The translations under genes and the position numbers were made by a program. DNA of 63,393 bases, counting the filler, from Lenisia limosa (lineage: Eukaryota; Protista; Breviatea), in assembly GCA_001655205.1 (NCBI GenBank). It is 12 parts of 12 records of this genome, joined end to end, with 100 filler letters (N's around TTAATTAATTAA, not from the genome) between each part and the next. Parts side by side here need not be neighbours in the genome. Positions count along the whole stretch, not along the records: positions 39,357 to 46,962 come from LPNZ01009536.1; positions 47,063 to 49,228 come from LPNZ01005238.1; positions 49,329 to 60,878 come from LPNZ01010110.1; 9 more parts are not named here. The stretch is one strand, 5' to 3'. Within the stretch, counting starts at the first letter, position 1. Every line of letters begins with the position of its first letter. The notes under the pieces were generated by a model. It was not told the origin of the DNA. It was given only the letters and a program-made list of their open reading frames with translations, and made no database searches. Positions 39,808 through 52,300 of this stretch are shown here, piece after piece.

Positions 39808-41330
39808 ATGATTAAAGCCATTGTAATCGTGAACAATCATGGCAAACCCCGTTTGTCGAAATTCTACGAACAGATGGTATGCATGTGCTTCACCATTTGC
39901 TTATGAACTTAGAGTGTGGACAAACAGCAAGAAGTGATTGCGACGATGTTTAACCTTCTCGCTAACCGACCCCCGACAGTTTGTAACTTTGTAGATGGTT
40001 GGTGCTTCCTCTCTTCCACCCTCTGAGGCGTCTGTTCTTTAATAAGTCAAAATAAGCAAATAAACGCTTGCTTTTATGTAATAACCCTAGGATCAAGCCT
40101 TCTTGGCGAAGGAACCAAGCTGATCTATCGTCACTATGCCACGTTGTACTTTATCTTCTGTGTGGACTCCAGCGAGTCTGAGCTTGCTATTCTTGACATC
40201 ATTAGGGTGGGATGGCCGTCATTGTAGTGTGTTTCTTTTGTTTAATTCTCTGAAATAAAGGAGATAGTAGTGAGTGAACTTGTAGACACTGTTCACATGT
40301 GACAAGTTAAATATTAGCATACTTCGGATATCGACGGAATATAGGCATAACGGAATATTTTTCTGCCCTTTATAGGTGTATTGTGTTAGAAAATCATCCT
40401 TTTTTCTTTACTTATTCCTTTGTTCACAGTAATGCAAACTGAAGGACCAGGAAATACCCCCCCCCCNNNNNNNNNNTTTCAAATTGTTTTTTATCATTAC
40501 GACCACCATTGAGATTTCTTCGCTTTACTCTGGGGTGCTCCTCTTTGATTTCGTAATACTTATATTATAGTTGTGTGTGTGTGTTTTTTTTTTTTTTTTT
40601 NNNNNNNNNNNNNNNNNNNNNNNNNNNNNNNNNNNNNNNNNNNNNNNNNNNNNNNNNNNNNNNNNNNNNNNNNNNNNNNNNNNNNNNNNTATTCGCTTCA
40701 TAATTATTTTGAAAATGTTTATATTATCATCGAAATTTCCTTCCCCCACTCAATAACCAATTTAGGCCCTTGTCGAGTCAATGGACAAGTGCTTCGAGAA
40801 TGTGTGTGAGCTTGACCTCATTTTCCACTCTGACAAGGTATGAGTCTGGCTGGCTTCCTGTCTGTGAGATAATCTTGTTAATCTTATGATGTTAGAATCC
40901 TAGATTCCTGTTTTGTTTTGTTTTGTTTGTTTTGTTTTGTTTTTGAGGGGGGTTGTGGGTAAGCAAACATGATGAAACCCTCATAGGTAAGAAAAATACC
41001 ATAATATCGAGGATTCAACGTTCCCTAAAGTTATCCGTTCGGGCAGTTTGGTCTACTATCGTGTTACCATATGTATGGGTGCGTCTCTTTTGTTTGCTGT
41101 TTTCCTCCCCCCATAACTATCTTTCAATTAAGCAAACAAATGTTCACAAATGTCACTGTCTGTAGATTCATTACATTGTCGATGAACTAGTTATGGGAGG
41201 TCTGGTTGTCAACACAAGCGTGCAAGACGTGGTGACACATATACAAGCCCAGGTTTGTAATGGAATTGAATACGTTTTGCATTGTAGTTATTTTGGTTTG
41301 ACGATTTAGAACAAACTAGAGAAACACTAA
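39808..41330 (+). CDS. AP3S1: AP-3 complex sigma subunit
   Basis: MIKAIVIVNNHGKPRLSKFYE...KLIYRHYATLYFIFCVDSSESELAILDII...DKCFENVCELDLIFHSDK|IHYIVDELVMGGLV; stop TAA 41328-41330. Confidence 0.95.
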
Positions 41331-41727
41331 AAAAAGTCACATCAATCACAAGACCCCCCCCCCCCTAAAGTCNNNNNNNNNNNNNNNNNNNNNNNNNNNN
41401 NNNNNNNNNNTATTACATATGACAACATATTATTGATATCGTCAAGTGTTCAAGTCAGAGTTAGTTGGGTAATATATCAGTTTTATTAGCAGCATTACAA
41501 ATAAGCGATGAGAGGCGAGAAGAAGGCAACTTTACAAAGAGCTGTTTGGCAAGAGTTACTAAACTAACAATAGCTAAAGCAGTCTACATACTTATATAAA
41601 TCTAAGTAGAAGAATACTGACCAGGATGAAAGTAGAACCAACTTCTTATGTGATAAAAACAATGGAGATCTACAAAATTTTATTTATAAATCCAAAATGT
41701 GCCGGTATCATGTATCGATGGGAAGAG

Positions 41728-42476
41728 TTACTCCTCGGGGCAGACAAGGTCACCAGAGTCGATCTTCTCTTGGAGATCGGTAGGGTGCTCACCGTCAACA
41801 GTGCAGCCAACAGAGAAAGCGGTGCCAAGCATCTAGAGTGATGAGAAACCACTCATTATCAGTTTTGATTCCATACCTCCTTGACGGTGCCAGTGAAAGT
41901 ACGGGCGAAAGACTTGGGTCTCATGACGCGAGCAGCCTCGTAGATCTGCTCCATGGTGACATCACCATCGTGAGAAACTAAAAAGGTGAGACAAAATACT
42001 CTTAAACTCGAATCCATACCGCCCTTAACGGCCTTGCGGTCAATCACGGGCTCCTTGAGGGCCTTGATGATGAGGGCAGCGGCGGTGGGGACGACCTCAA
42101 CCTGAGCCTGACGGTTCTGGATGGTGAGCTTGCAGGTCACACGCTGGCCCTTCCAGTCCTTGGTGTTCTTGGCAAGGTCATCACCAATCTTCTTGGGGGA
42201 CTAAAAACAATGAGAAATGTGCTACAACCTCTAAACAAGTTCAATACCCCGTCCATCCCGCTTACAAGTCCGAGGGGACCGACCTTGGGGGCAAGAGAGG
42301 AAGCACCACCAACCTCACCACCACGAACACGGATGTAGACTAAATATGAGTTAAACACCATCACCTAGAGCTCAAATCACAATTTATAATATCTTGATGC
42401 ACCAAAAACGTAGACAAAAGAGTCTCATCCCAAGCATACTAACGGTAATGGCAGAAGGATCGAACTTAGGAGGCAT
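41728..42476 (-). CDS. RPL12: 60S ribosomal protein L12 (uL11)
   Basis: MPPKFDP...[25 protein letters not shown]|[18 protein letters not shown]...[25 protein letters not shown]...[16 protein letters not shown]...CPEE*. Confidence 0.97.
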
Positions 42477-42726
42477 ATTACCGGCAGAAAGAAAAGGAAT
42501 TAGAAATTTCAAATCAAACGTTAAATAAAACTGGGTGACTGGATCAATATTGTAAATTCCGTGAATTGATTCCTTTTATTCCATTTATCTCCAAATGCAT
42601 GTTCTTTTCTTGCACATGACCCTTTCTCATCTGAAATATTGTTAGTAGTAGTTAAAAAGTTAAAAAAAATATATCATAGATTTGAACTGACGTCTACCTC
42701 TCCTCACCCTTCCGTGCTCAGCAAAT

Positions 42727-45080
42727 ATGAAAGCCTTCCTTGAGTTTTCAGTTGGTGATGCTGCATGTTACAAAGAAGAAATGGATAAGTATGAATAGTA
42801 TTAATAATTTGCTGTTGATTCAATGGATTCATATTTTTTAGGTTCACGCTCGCCGAGCAATGGGTGAAGAATTACGGATCTCAGTTTGGTCTTCCTTTAG
42901 ATATTGAGGTTAGCAGACATAGAGTGGAACGGTGAAAGACCCCATTATAACCTCTTGTTATTTGATAGGAATTCACAGAAGATAATGTGTGGCTCTTTGA
43001 AAGTGTTTACGACGAGTCACACCCGGGCTATGAAGGTTGGTGAAACATTCAGGGGCAAAATTGGAGACATATGCTCCGTTTGTAGCAAAAGAGTAAATTT
43101 TTTTTTCTTTCGGTTATGTTGGTGGAGGATTTATTGATTCTTTTAAAAGTATGGTTTCTACCAAAAATAAGACTCGTTATAGTTTTTTGTATATACTATA
43201 TTGTTATACAAAGCAGTATCAATTGATTCTTTAGGACCTGCACGATCAACGAAACCGGATTCTATCCATGCCGGGCGGATTGAATTTGAACTCTTTGAAA
43301 AGGTCTGAGTCTAGGCTTTTACCGTTCTCTCAGGTCACAACCTTTTCCTCTTTTTTGAGGAATATTATTGAAAGTGACCTTTTTGAGGAATTTTCTCTTT
43401 GATTTCTGATCACTGCGTAGGATGCCCCCAAAGCAGTTGAGAACTTTTCCACACTTTGCAAAGGAGCTGGTCAGCTGGCTGGCTTCATTTCAATACTTCA
43501 AGTAGATCTTAACTTTGATAGTAAAATAATATGGGAAGATATCATTTGCAGTCTTCTTTTTATTGGTGTAATTATTCCCTGCATGCTGCTGGCAAGCTCT
43601 ATCATTAGGCAACTGATTGAGTGTCCAAAAATCCAAATCCTTGATAAACTGAGGACACCTTCCTCCATGTTCCTCATTACCGTATACCCATTTTCAAAAA
43701 CTGAAATCATAGTGCCTGTTCGATGCAATTTCGTCGGGTATATATATCATATCATATGTTCATAAAATTAGTGGATATGGTACGACATACCATCCCTAAT
43801 CAGATTGATTCAACCGTAACTTACCAAATCAGGGGTTTCAAAGAAAACAGGGGCAACGCTACACTACGAAGGATCACCAATGCATCGTGTCATCCCCGGG
43901 TTTATGGCCCAAGGGGGAGATTTTGTGAGAAAAGTTGGAGGGGCATTACATTACCTCTTAAAATATTTGTTGGATATTATTGTTGGGTTTATTGTTTACC
44001 TTGATTATATGACTCAGATCTAGTGCTTTACTCCGGTCGGAAAAGACCAGTGTCGATATTTATCGAGGGATTATCGAGAACTCAGTTTCTTATTGTCGCA
44101 CCCACCCCTCATATCTTATTGTCGCACTCACCCCTCATATCTTATTATCGCACCCACCCCTCATATCTTATTATCGCACCCACCCCTCATATCTACCCAA
44201 GTCAGATTAACAATAAAAACAAATNNNNNNNNNNNNNNNNNNNNNNNNNNNNNNNNCAGAAGCAACCGAAACGTGTCTCACCCTTTAGGACGGAAGTGGA
44301 GGAGAGTCAATCTTCGGAAAACCATTCAAGGTAACAATACCTCTTAAGTGCTTGCTAAATAAAGGTTATTTGTAAACAGCGACATATTTGATCGCTCTGT
44401 CGTACTCATTCAATCTATTAGACGTGTATTCGTTAATCCTTTCGTATCCTATGATCAGGGTTTGCTCTGCTGTAACTTTCACATATCTCACATCCAAGGA
44501 CGAACCCATGGGACTGAAAAAGAAGGTCGACCAGCGTGGCCTTTTGTGTATGGCCAATTCTGGAAAGTTGGCTCTTTGCTTTTGGAGGATTTAGGCCGAA
44601 TTCAGGCTTTTTTCTATAGAAATGCTATTCATTGTTGAAATTCAACGTATCAAGAGGCAGCTGTTTTAATTCACTAGGAACTCCAACACAAGCCAGTTCT
44701 TTATCAGCTTCGCCGCGGCCGCCCACTGCTCTGGGAAACATGTTGTGTTCGGCAAGATGACATCGGGACAAGGTTTGCTGAAAAGTTTGGAGGTGTTACC
44801 TGCATCCCCATGTTCCATTACTTATGTATTCGACTCAATATGTATTAAAATTATATGATTTGACATGATAGTGAGATGAGAGACCCATAACAAAATAAAC
44901 CACACTTGAAATTCTGATAACAATCAATACTAAAATACTTGAGTCGTTTTGGATCAAAGTAAAATCTGCTAGATGCTAACGTTGATATTTGTAGAGGCCC
45001 TTGATAAGATCGAAGCTGTAGGGAGCAAATCCGGGGCTACAGACCAAAATGTCACAATTACTTCATGTGGAGTTTGCTGA
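42727..45080 (+). CDS. Cyclophilin-type peptidyl-prolyl isomerase with N-terminal insertion
   Basis: [10 protein letters not shown]|[48 protein letters not shown]|DE..GL......[11 protein letters not shown]|[16 protein letters not shown]; stop TGA 45078-45080. Confidence 0.92.
44089..44186. repeat. 26-bp intronic tandem repeat, ~4 copies
   Basis: (cttattrtcgcacccacccctcatat)n in a cyclophilin intron. Confidence 0.9.
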
Positions 45081-45930
45081 AACACACGGTGGGATATTGG
45101 GATGTTTGTTAAGAAATTAAACATAAGCTGTATGAACTAAGGACATTACCATTATTTATATTATATGGTGTAATGATATGTAAGGTTTATAAATAGAATG
45201 ACTCGGTTTCTAATTCTGGCTGTTTCTTCGCATTAGTACATCTATGTTGTCACGTTTTTAGAACTCCCGTTTTGGTTTGATTGAAGCAGTGATGACCCTT
45301 CAAACCGCGCCTTATGTGGCCAGTTGAAATTTGATTAGAATGGTACTATTCACAATTTAATTGTATGTTGTTTTGCCCTTGTCTTTTCATGATCTTATTT
45401 CACAATAAGAGAATACCTTTTGTCCATTCACCCCAACCTTCCTGGCTTTTCTCTCATACCCTCCATCCAAATGGTCGGACAAGTTAGAAGTCAGAAAGTT
45501 GGGATTACAATTCGAATACTGCCTGTATGTTCAACAAATGGGCGAATAAGTTGAACTAGTGACACTGTGACAGCCTCCTCGGTGACAACTACTCCGTTTG
45601 TTCAATAGCTGTAACACAAACACAAATATGCAAGCAGACAATATGACATGGGATAGAGTAAACTCTCATGGCGGCGCGGATCAAAATTGGCAAATTTTGA
45701 TACCTTGCCAGTTACTTTGCCTGATATGGTGGTGAACTGCTGATCAACAAAGTCGAAAACTTGGAAAAACTCGCACTGTTCGCCCAACCCAAATACAATT
45801 AAGCAAGCGAGCGAGAAAGCAAAGAAAGAAGGACAAGAAGAAGAAGAGAGGAAGAACAACATTGCACCCATTAATGTAGCTGCACACTGCTCAGTCCCAG
45901 AGACATTCCAGCCATGGACATTGCCACCCA

Positions 45931-48900
45931 ATGAACTTCGCCTCTCTCCCTCGGTCCAGAGAGGCGATAACGGCTTCTAGATCAAGAAGAGGAAGACCAC
46001 CGTCTCTCAACACAAGCATCACCCCCGAACCTCTCTCCCCTCCAGCGGTGATCTCCCCCAAGACCAGTAGTGCCTCGCCCACTTCTCCACTTCCCCATAC
46101 GCCCAATTATAATGCCAGTGCTGCCAGTGATAATGTAGCTGGAACAGCGATGAAAAGCAAAAGTTGGTGTTCTATGCATCTCCATCCTTTCCGTATATGT
46201 CAATCAAGGCGGTCAATAATAATAATTATTAGGACTCTGTGCAGTACTTGATTTATTTCATAATTTGAAGTGAGAGTATTAAATACTGTAACCAGCAAAC
46301 CCCCATTTCTGAACTTCAGACTTAAACAAATGCTGGTGTAATTAGTTTTATTCTTTTGCCCTTATACTTCTCTGCTGCTTCCCCGAGGAGGAGACAGGTT
46401 TCACCTCCCCCTCCCCTTTATTTTGAGAGAAACAGACCATCCAATCAGTGTGTATGTTATTGTTACACTATTTTCAACTATCGTGAGAATTAATGTATCC
46501 AATGTTTCATTTCCATTTTCACATTTGTGAGTGAGAGGAATTTTCGTGACAGGTGAGCCAACTGTGCCTTCCTCTTTTCGATATTCGCTCCATTTGACAA
46601 TAACCTTTCCATATTTGGAAATTGACCTATAAGATGGACGACAAGTGGCCCCTAAAAGCGGTTCTCGAAAGTTTGCCTCCAGCAGTCGAATACCCCATCC
46701 GGTTGGTGGGGCCATAACTGCTATCGTTTTCAAAAGGGATCACTTTTCTTGTCGTGACATGTTATACCATATAATATTATATATATTATATATCATATAT
46801 ATTATTTATTACCCGTATGAAGTGCCAGTGAAACCAAAATCTAATTGAGATGAACCCTCGTGTTGTCTTCTTTTCGTATCGAAAGCGACATATGATCATG
46901 GACATGTCATAAATTATCTGTTTTTAGTTGGTATTTAGCGTTTCTCTTCTCACCCCCCCCCCNNNNNNNNNNNNNNNNNNNNNNNNNNNNNNNNNNNNNN
47001 NNNNNNTTAATTAATTAANNNNNNNNNNNNNNNNNNNNNNNNNNNNNNNNNNNNNNNNNNNNCGAGAGTTATCATAACTTATCGAAATCCTAACTATGGG
47101 AAAAGGGTTAAAATAAGAACGGTATGGACAGGAAAAGAACATTAGGCAGTGATCAGATAACTTTCAATCCTCAAAATGAATTCTCGGTAAATCCTCGATA
47201 AATATCGATAGGAACCATGTCTTTGGAAGAGAAAGTGAAGCTCTACCAGTGATTAAGAATTTGTGTGATTATATTGGTGGCATACAAGCTTATAATACGG
47301 GATTCCCTTTGGTCTGAAAAAGACTGGTCAAACAATTAAGGATTTATCGAGAAATTCAGTCTTTTTGTGACGTACGGAAGCTCTGGTTAAGAGTTAGGGC
47401 TTCACTCATAAAAAGATCGGTAAGCAATCGAAATATATCGATGATTTTGACCGGACGCTTTCACATGTAGAAATGCGTAATGAAAGGAATAAAGGCTGTA
47501 ACACTGACCCTTGTATGATCAATAAGATACTTTATCAATTATACGCTATAATATATCTTCATTCCACCACTCCCTTGCATCAAAATGATGGCGACAGCAT
47601 GGATTGTTGACGAGAAGTAAGGGGAGAAAACCAAAATGACCCGCTACTATACTCAATATGTACAGATGTGAAATAACAACATGAAGTGACACTATATTTG
47701 AACAACTTTAAACTGACCTTGGGTTTATAACATTTTGAAATTATTCTCACTTGGTTAAAATTAACTAAACATTCCATTATTAAGAATTAGGGCTTCACTT
47801 TGGTTCGAAATACCGGTAAATTATCGATTGTTTTCGAGGATTTGTCGAGAAATTCAGTCTTATTTTGAACTGAAGTGAAGCCCTGCAGCACCATGCTGTT
47901 ATTTCCAAAAGCGATTCAACACCCCAATTGCATTACTAACAGTAGCTCCACAAAAAGTCCAGCCTCATCACCCACCTCATCAGGACGGATAAGTTCGTTC
48001 TTTGACGCGCGGTGCTCAACAAGAGCCTTGGATGAAACGAAGATCTAAGAGGTTAACAACCGCAGCCTCTATGTTTGTATCATTGTCTATGAATATGGAG
48101 AAAAAGAAGCAACGAAGGCGTGACAAGGCAACTAAACAAGACAAGGGGCAAACATTAAAAGCAAGACAATCTACCAACCGTTTGGTTATCTCTCTTTTGT
48201 CCTCCTCTGGTGACAATTAGTTCTCTGTTAATTTCACCATCAGCGTCAACATTAATGGCAATGCTCGATTTTGAGTCCTTACGATCACCCATTCCCAAGG
48301 GAAATTGAGAAACGTGGATCTAAATAGCGTCAAAAACAAACATCAAGGTCACCAAAACCCTTCAAACCTCAGGGAAGGCTCCTCCTCCACCGAAGTCGGT
48401 GGTCCTTCGTGGAATCCATTTGCCATCTCCTCTGAACCCGTACGGAGGGATTTTTGTGATGTTATGGGCTTGTGCGGCCTTGGGCTTCGCAATCTCCGCC
48501 TCAGAGGAGTGATACAACCCCTGATTCCTAGGTGCTGGCAGGCTAAGATGGTTACATTAATACAGATTAAGTTAACACTCACTCAAAGAGGCTTGCCATG
48601 ATGAAAAAGGCTGAAATTTTTGATCAGTTTACTGAAGTACAATATAACCGCTTTGGACCAGTATACATTTATGAAAAATATTCAGTTTTTTAAATCGCCT
48701 TCTTTCATCATCTATCCGTTATTTGAATACCTAAATACATCTTCTGTTAATTTCAAGTAGTTATATCCGGATTTGGAGTCAACTCGCCTAGCCAAATGAG
48801 GACCTTTTTCGGGCTATTAGGATTGATCCTGCTCTGGCTCCAGGCCTCTGCTTTCATGTGAGGAATGAGGGAGGGGGAATTGTGGATTTATTCATGTTTC

Positions 48901-49228
48901 CATCAATCAATGTTTTGCTTCAGGAACAATGTCATTTTCACACCCATTTTCCGCGGGGTGATATGATACCACAAATTCGCTCGAGTAATAATTGGCACAA
49001 GTCTAAATGATACTCTGTATACTCGGGGTGAACCCTGATCATATCTTGTGGACGGTCAAAATATTATTGTTACTCCAAAACACAGGCATTACTGTCCCAT
49101 TTTGTTCATATAGAACAGGTATATATCTGTACAAAGTAAATATTATTTTTGTCAAGTGCACATTTTTACTTTGCTAAATGAAAGTACAAAGCGGGTAAAT
49201 ATACGCTCTAATTTCACCCCCCCCCCCC
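45931..49228 (+). CDS. Probable Ser/Pro-rich spliced gene with a hydrophobic (TM-like) segment; strand and structure uncertain
   Basis: ORF 45931-46251 (S/P-rich), later + exons with GT donors including MRTFFGLLGLILLWLQASAF (~48800-48860). Interrupted by a gap at 46963 and cut by a gap at 49229. Some minus-strand splice-like signals also exist. Confidence 0.3.
47789..47884. mobile_element. MITE family B copy
   Basis: agggcttcactttggttcg...gaactgaagtgaagccct. Confidence 0.85.
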
Positions 49229-49328
49229 NNNNNNNNNNNNNNNNNNNNNNNNNNNNNNNNNNNNNNNNNNNNTTAATTAATTAANNNNNNNNNNNNNNNN
49301 NNNNNNNNNNNNNNNNNNNNNNNNNNNN

Positions 49329-52300
49329 CCGAGATCGGCCATAGTAGAGGCCTGGGGGGAGGGTAAGTGACACGAGGGGATTGTGCGATAACAGTTCCAG
49401 AGAGACTGATATAGGGTGGGTGTGCGTGTACACTTTCCGAAACAAACAAAACCCCCACAATCAACCCTGAGAGGGAAGGGGGGTGACGAAGGGAGGAAAC
49501 ATGAGGATGTAAACAAAACAAGAAGGGGATGTGGATTAACAGACTTTCGAGTCGAAATGATGAACAAAGATAACACGAGACGGTTCATCGAGTGTATCAG
49601 AGTATCATTGAGACTTATCGGTCAATATTCACACGAGTGGATATGAAGTATCATATCACAGACAATGAAAGTTCCCAATCATTTCTATTGGCAATACCTT
49701 GAAGTCCCTGGTGGAGGTGGTAGGAGGGCTTCGAGGGGCAGGTACAGAGGTTCTGGAGCGTGAGAGAATAGTGGGGCAATTAATTGAACAATTAATTTTG
49801 AATTGTGAAGCTGGGCATATTTTGATGAGAACTCCTTTTCAGACACTTTATTTTCAATTGATGGCTGGAGAAATACAACGGTGCTCTCTGGCCGAAGCCA
49901 TCAACCCCATCATGCTTTTAATAGATATAAGATGATAGTCAAATATTACACCCAATTATTTGCCTAACAACCCTCGATAAGTATTAAGGTTGCGGTCCAT
50001 CAAAAGTTTGAAGAAAATGATTACTAAAAATCGACATGAACATGTCTGAAATGGAGTTCATATTACACAATGTATAGGGCTTCCCAACGGTTCGAAACAA
50101 GACCGTATATCGATACATTTCGAGGATTTATCTAGAAATACAGTCTTTTTTAGAACGTAGAAAGCACTGTTAACTTCACAATTCAAAATAGATTTATCTT
50201 CAGTCTTCACATTGTTCAAAAAAAAAGACTGAATTTCTCGATATAATCTCGATACTATCGATTTTATTGGTCTTTTTCGACCGAAGTGAAGTTTCTACTA
50301 CCCATACAAAATACTCAAGGCATGTTTACCAATTACATGGGACTAAAACGAAGTCCTCGCCTCACACCTGTTGATTTGGGAGCTGATGTTGTTGACCGAG
50401 CGTATCACAAGGTTTCTGATCAACTGGTACTGCTTGGATCCCTGAATGGTAAGTTGTAGATGGCACCCCCAGGGTTTTCCTATTGTCCGATAAAGCCCGG
50501 TGAAATATCGATATTTATCAAAGATTTATTGAGACATTCGAAGGGAAGTCCAATTGGAACTGAAATATGACGTCATTATTATTACGGAATTAGAAAAAAA
50601 GATGTCTTGGGATGTAGTAATGATATTTTATACAATACCTATTATAGACAATGTGGGCATGAATGTTATTAAATGTCTTGTGGGATTCTGGGCAATCCTT
50701 TTATATGGCTGAATAAAAGCAAACCTTGAACTCTTCCAGACACTTCTCATCGAAAGACTCCACTCCCCATTTCTACGAAATTAAAAAAAGTTCATTTCAA
50801 TTTCATAACACCAAATGCTATTTGCCCATCATCTTTGAATTATGCAATCATGAAACCCATGGTCAAAAATATATTAGCAAATGACTAGAACAGCGTTCAA
50901 CCCCTTATCGCTCACCTTTCCAATCATGGCCACATCAAGGCTCTTGACGGCCTTGTTGACGCCGGACATCACCACGGTGCAGTTGGTGGCCTGTACAATG
51001 ATTGGGAAAAGGAAGATCATGATAAGTAGGGCTTCCTTTCGGTTTTATAAAAAATGTTGGCAAAACGTCGATATTTATTGACAATTATCAAGATCGGTCT
51101 ATATTGGTATCGGGGAAGTCCTAATTAATTGGCAGTTTAGTGTATTAATTGAGCTCATTTTAAGTCTGGCTTCACTTCTGTTTTTGAAAAGACTGAATCT
51201 CTCGATACATTTTCGATAAATATCTATTTAATTTAGTAGAATTCTATGAAAACCAGAAAGACTCCTCCCCCCCACAATTCCGTTTTGTACCAAGGCAATC
51301 GCAGATATTCCGACACAGGACTCAACATCCCCCCATCTTCTTGAGGCGTGAACATAGCCTGAATCATATTAAAGAGGAGGCGTGGGCGAAAATGAATCAG
51401 TGTTAGCCTTGACCTGATGAAGCATTGAAAAGGTTTGAAAATAACCTGAATTAATATCATTTTCATAGTTCAATTATGATGCACCGTTTAAATTAAGGTG
51501 TCATTAAAACCAATTTCCCAATTAATTCAATACAAATTGTGAAAACCTGTTTCATATCATATGATCGAAGCTGGTAAAAGAGTAAATTATTCAGACTTTT
51601 GACCGATATGACTCGAAGTCACTTTGAAATTCTAGTATTTTAGCGGTAAGATGCTCACCCAGAGCTTTCGAAGGCATTTTGAAGGTAAGAGTCGTTAGAA
51701 TTCCACCCATCTAAGCGATAAAAAGTAAAAGAATATCGTTTTAAGACCAAAGTTTCCCATTAAAAATACTTCCATTTCCAATTTATGAATTTTTCCATGG
51801 AATAGTGCTCTTACACATTGATACTGAAAAATAGCTATACATATTCAGTGTGTCACTTCTCATAGTATTATATGATATAAAATAGAGGGGGGGGGGGGNN
51901 NNNNNNNNNNNNNNNNNNNNNNNNNNNNNNNNNNNNNNNNNNNNNNNNNNNNNNNNNNNNNNNNNNNNNNNNNNNNNNNNNNNNNNNNNNNNNNNNNNNN
52001 NNNNNNNNNNNNNNNNNNNNNNNNNNNNNNNNNNNNNNNNNNNNNNNNNNNNNNNNNNNNNNNNNNNNNNNNNNNNNNNNNNNNNNNNNNNNNNNNNNNN
52101 NNNNNNNNNNNNNNNNNNNNNNNNNNNNNNNNNNNNNNNNNNNNNNNNNNNNNNNNNNNNNNNNNNNNNNNNNNNNNNNNNNNNNNNNNNNNNCATACCT
52201 GGGGGCTATCGACACACTGAATCAAGTCGTTCAGCATGGTGAGGTACTAAAACGGGTGAGGCAAGGTGTTATATAAAACAAGGGAGTATCAACTGGCCTT

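Noticed and set aside
42345-42445. Intronic snoRNA in RPL12
   Set aside because: No convincing paired C (RTGATGA) and D (CTGA) boxes with a terminal stem.
45602-46733. Minus-strand ORFs (109, 71, 73, 110 aa)
   Set aside because: The best minus-strand acceptor leads to stops in all three frames; these are likelier shadows of a plus-strand gene.
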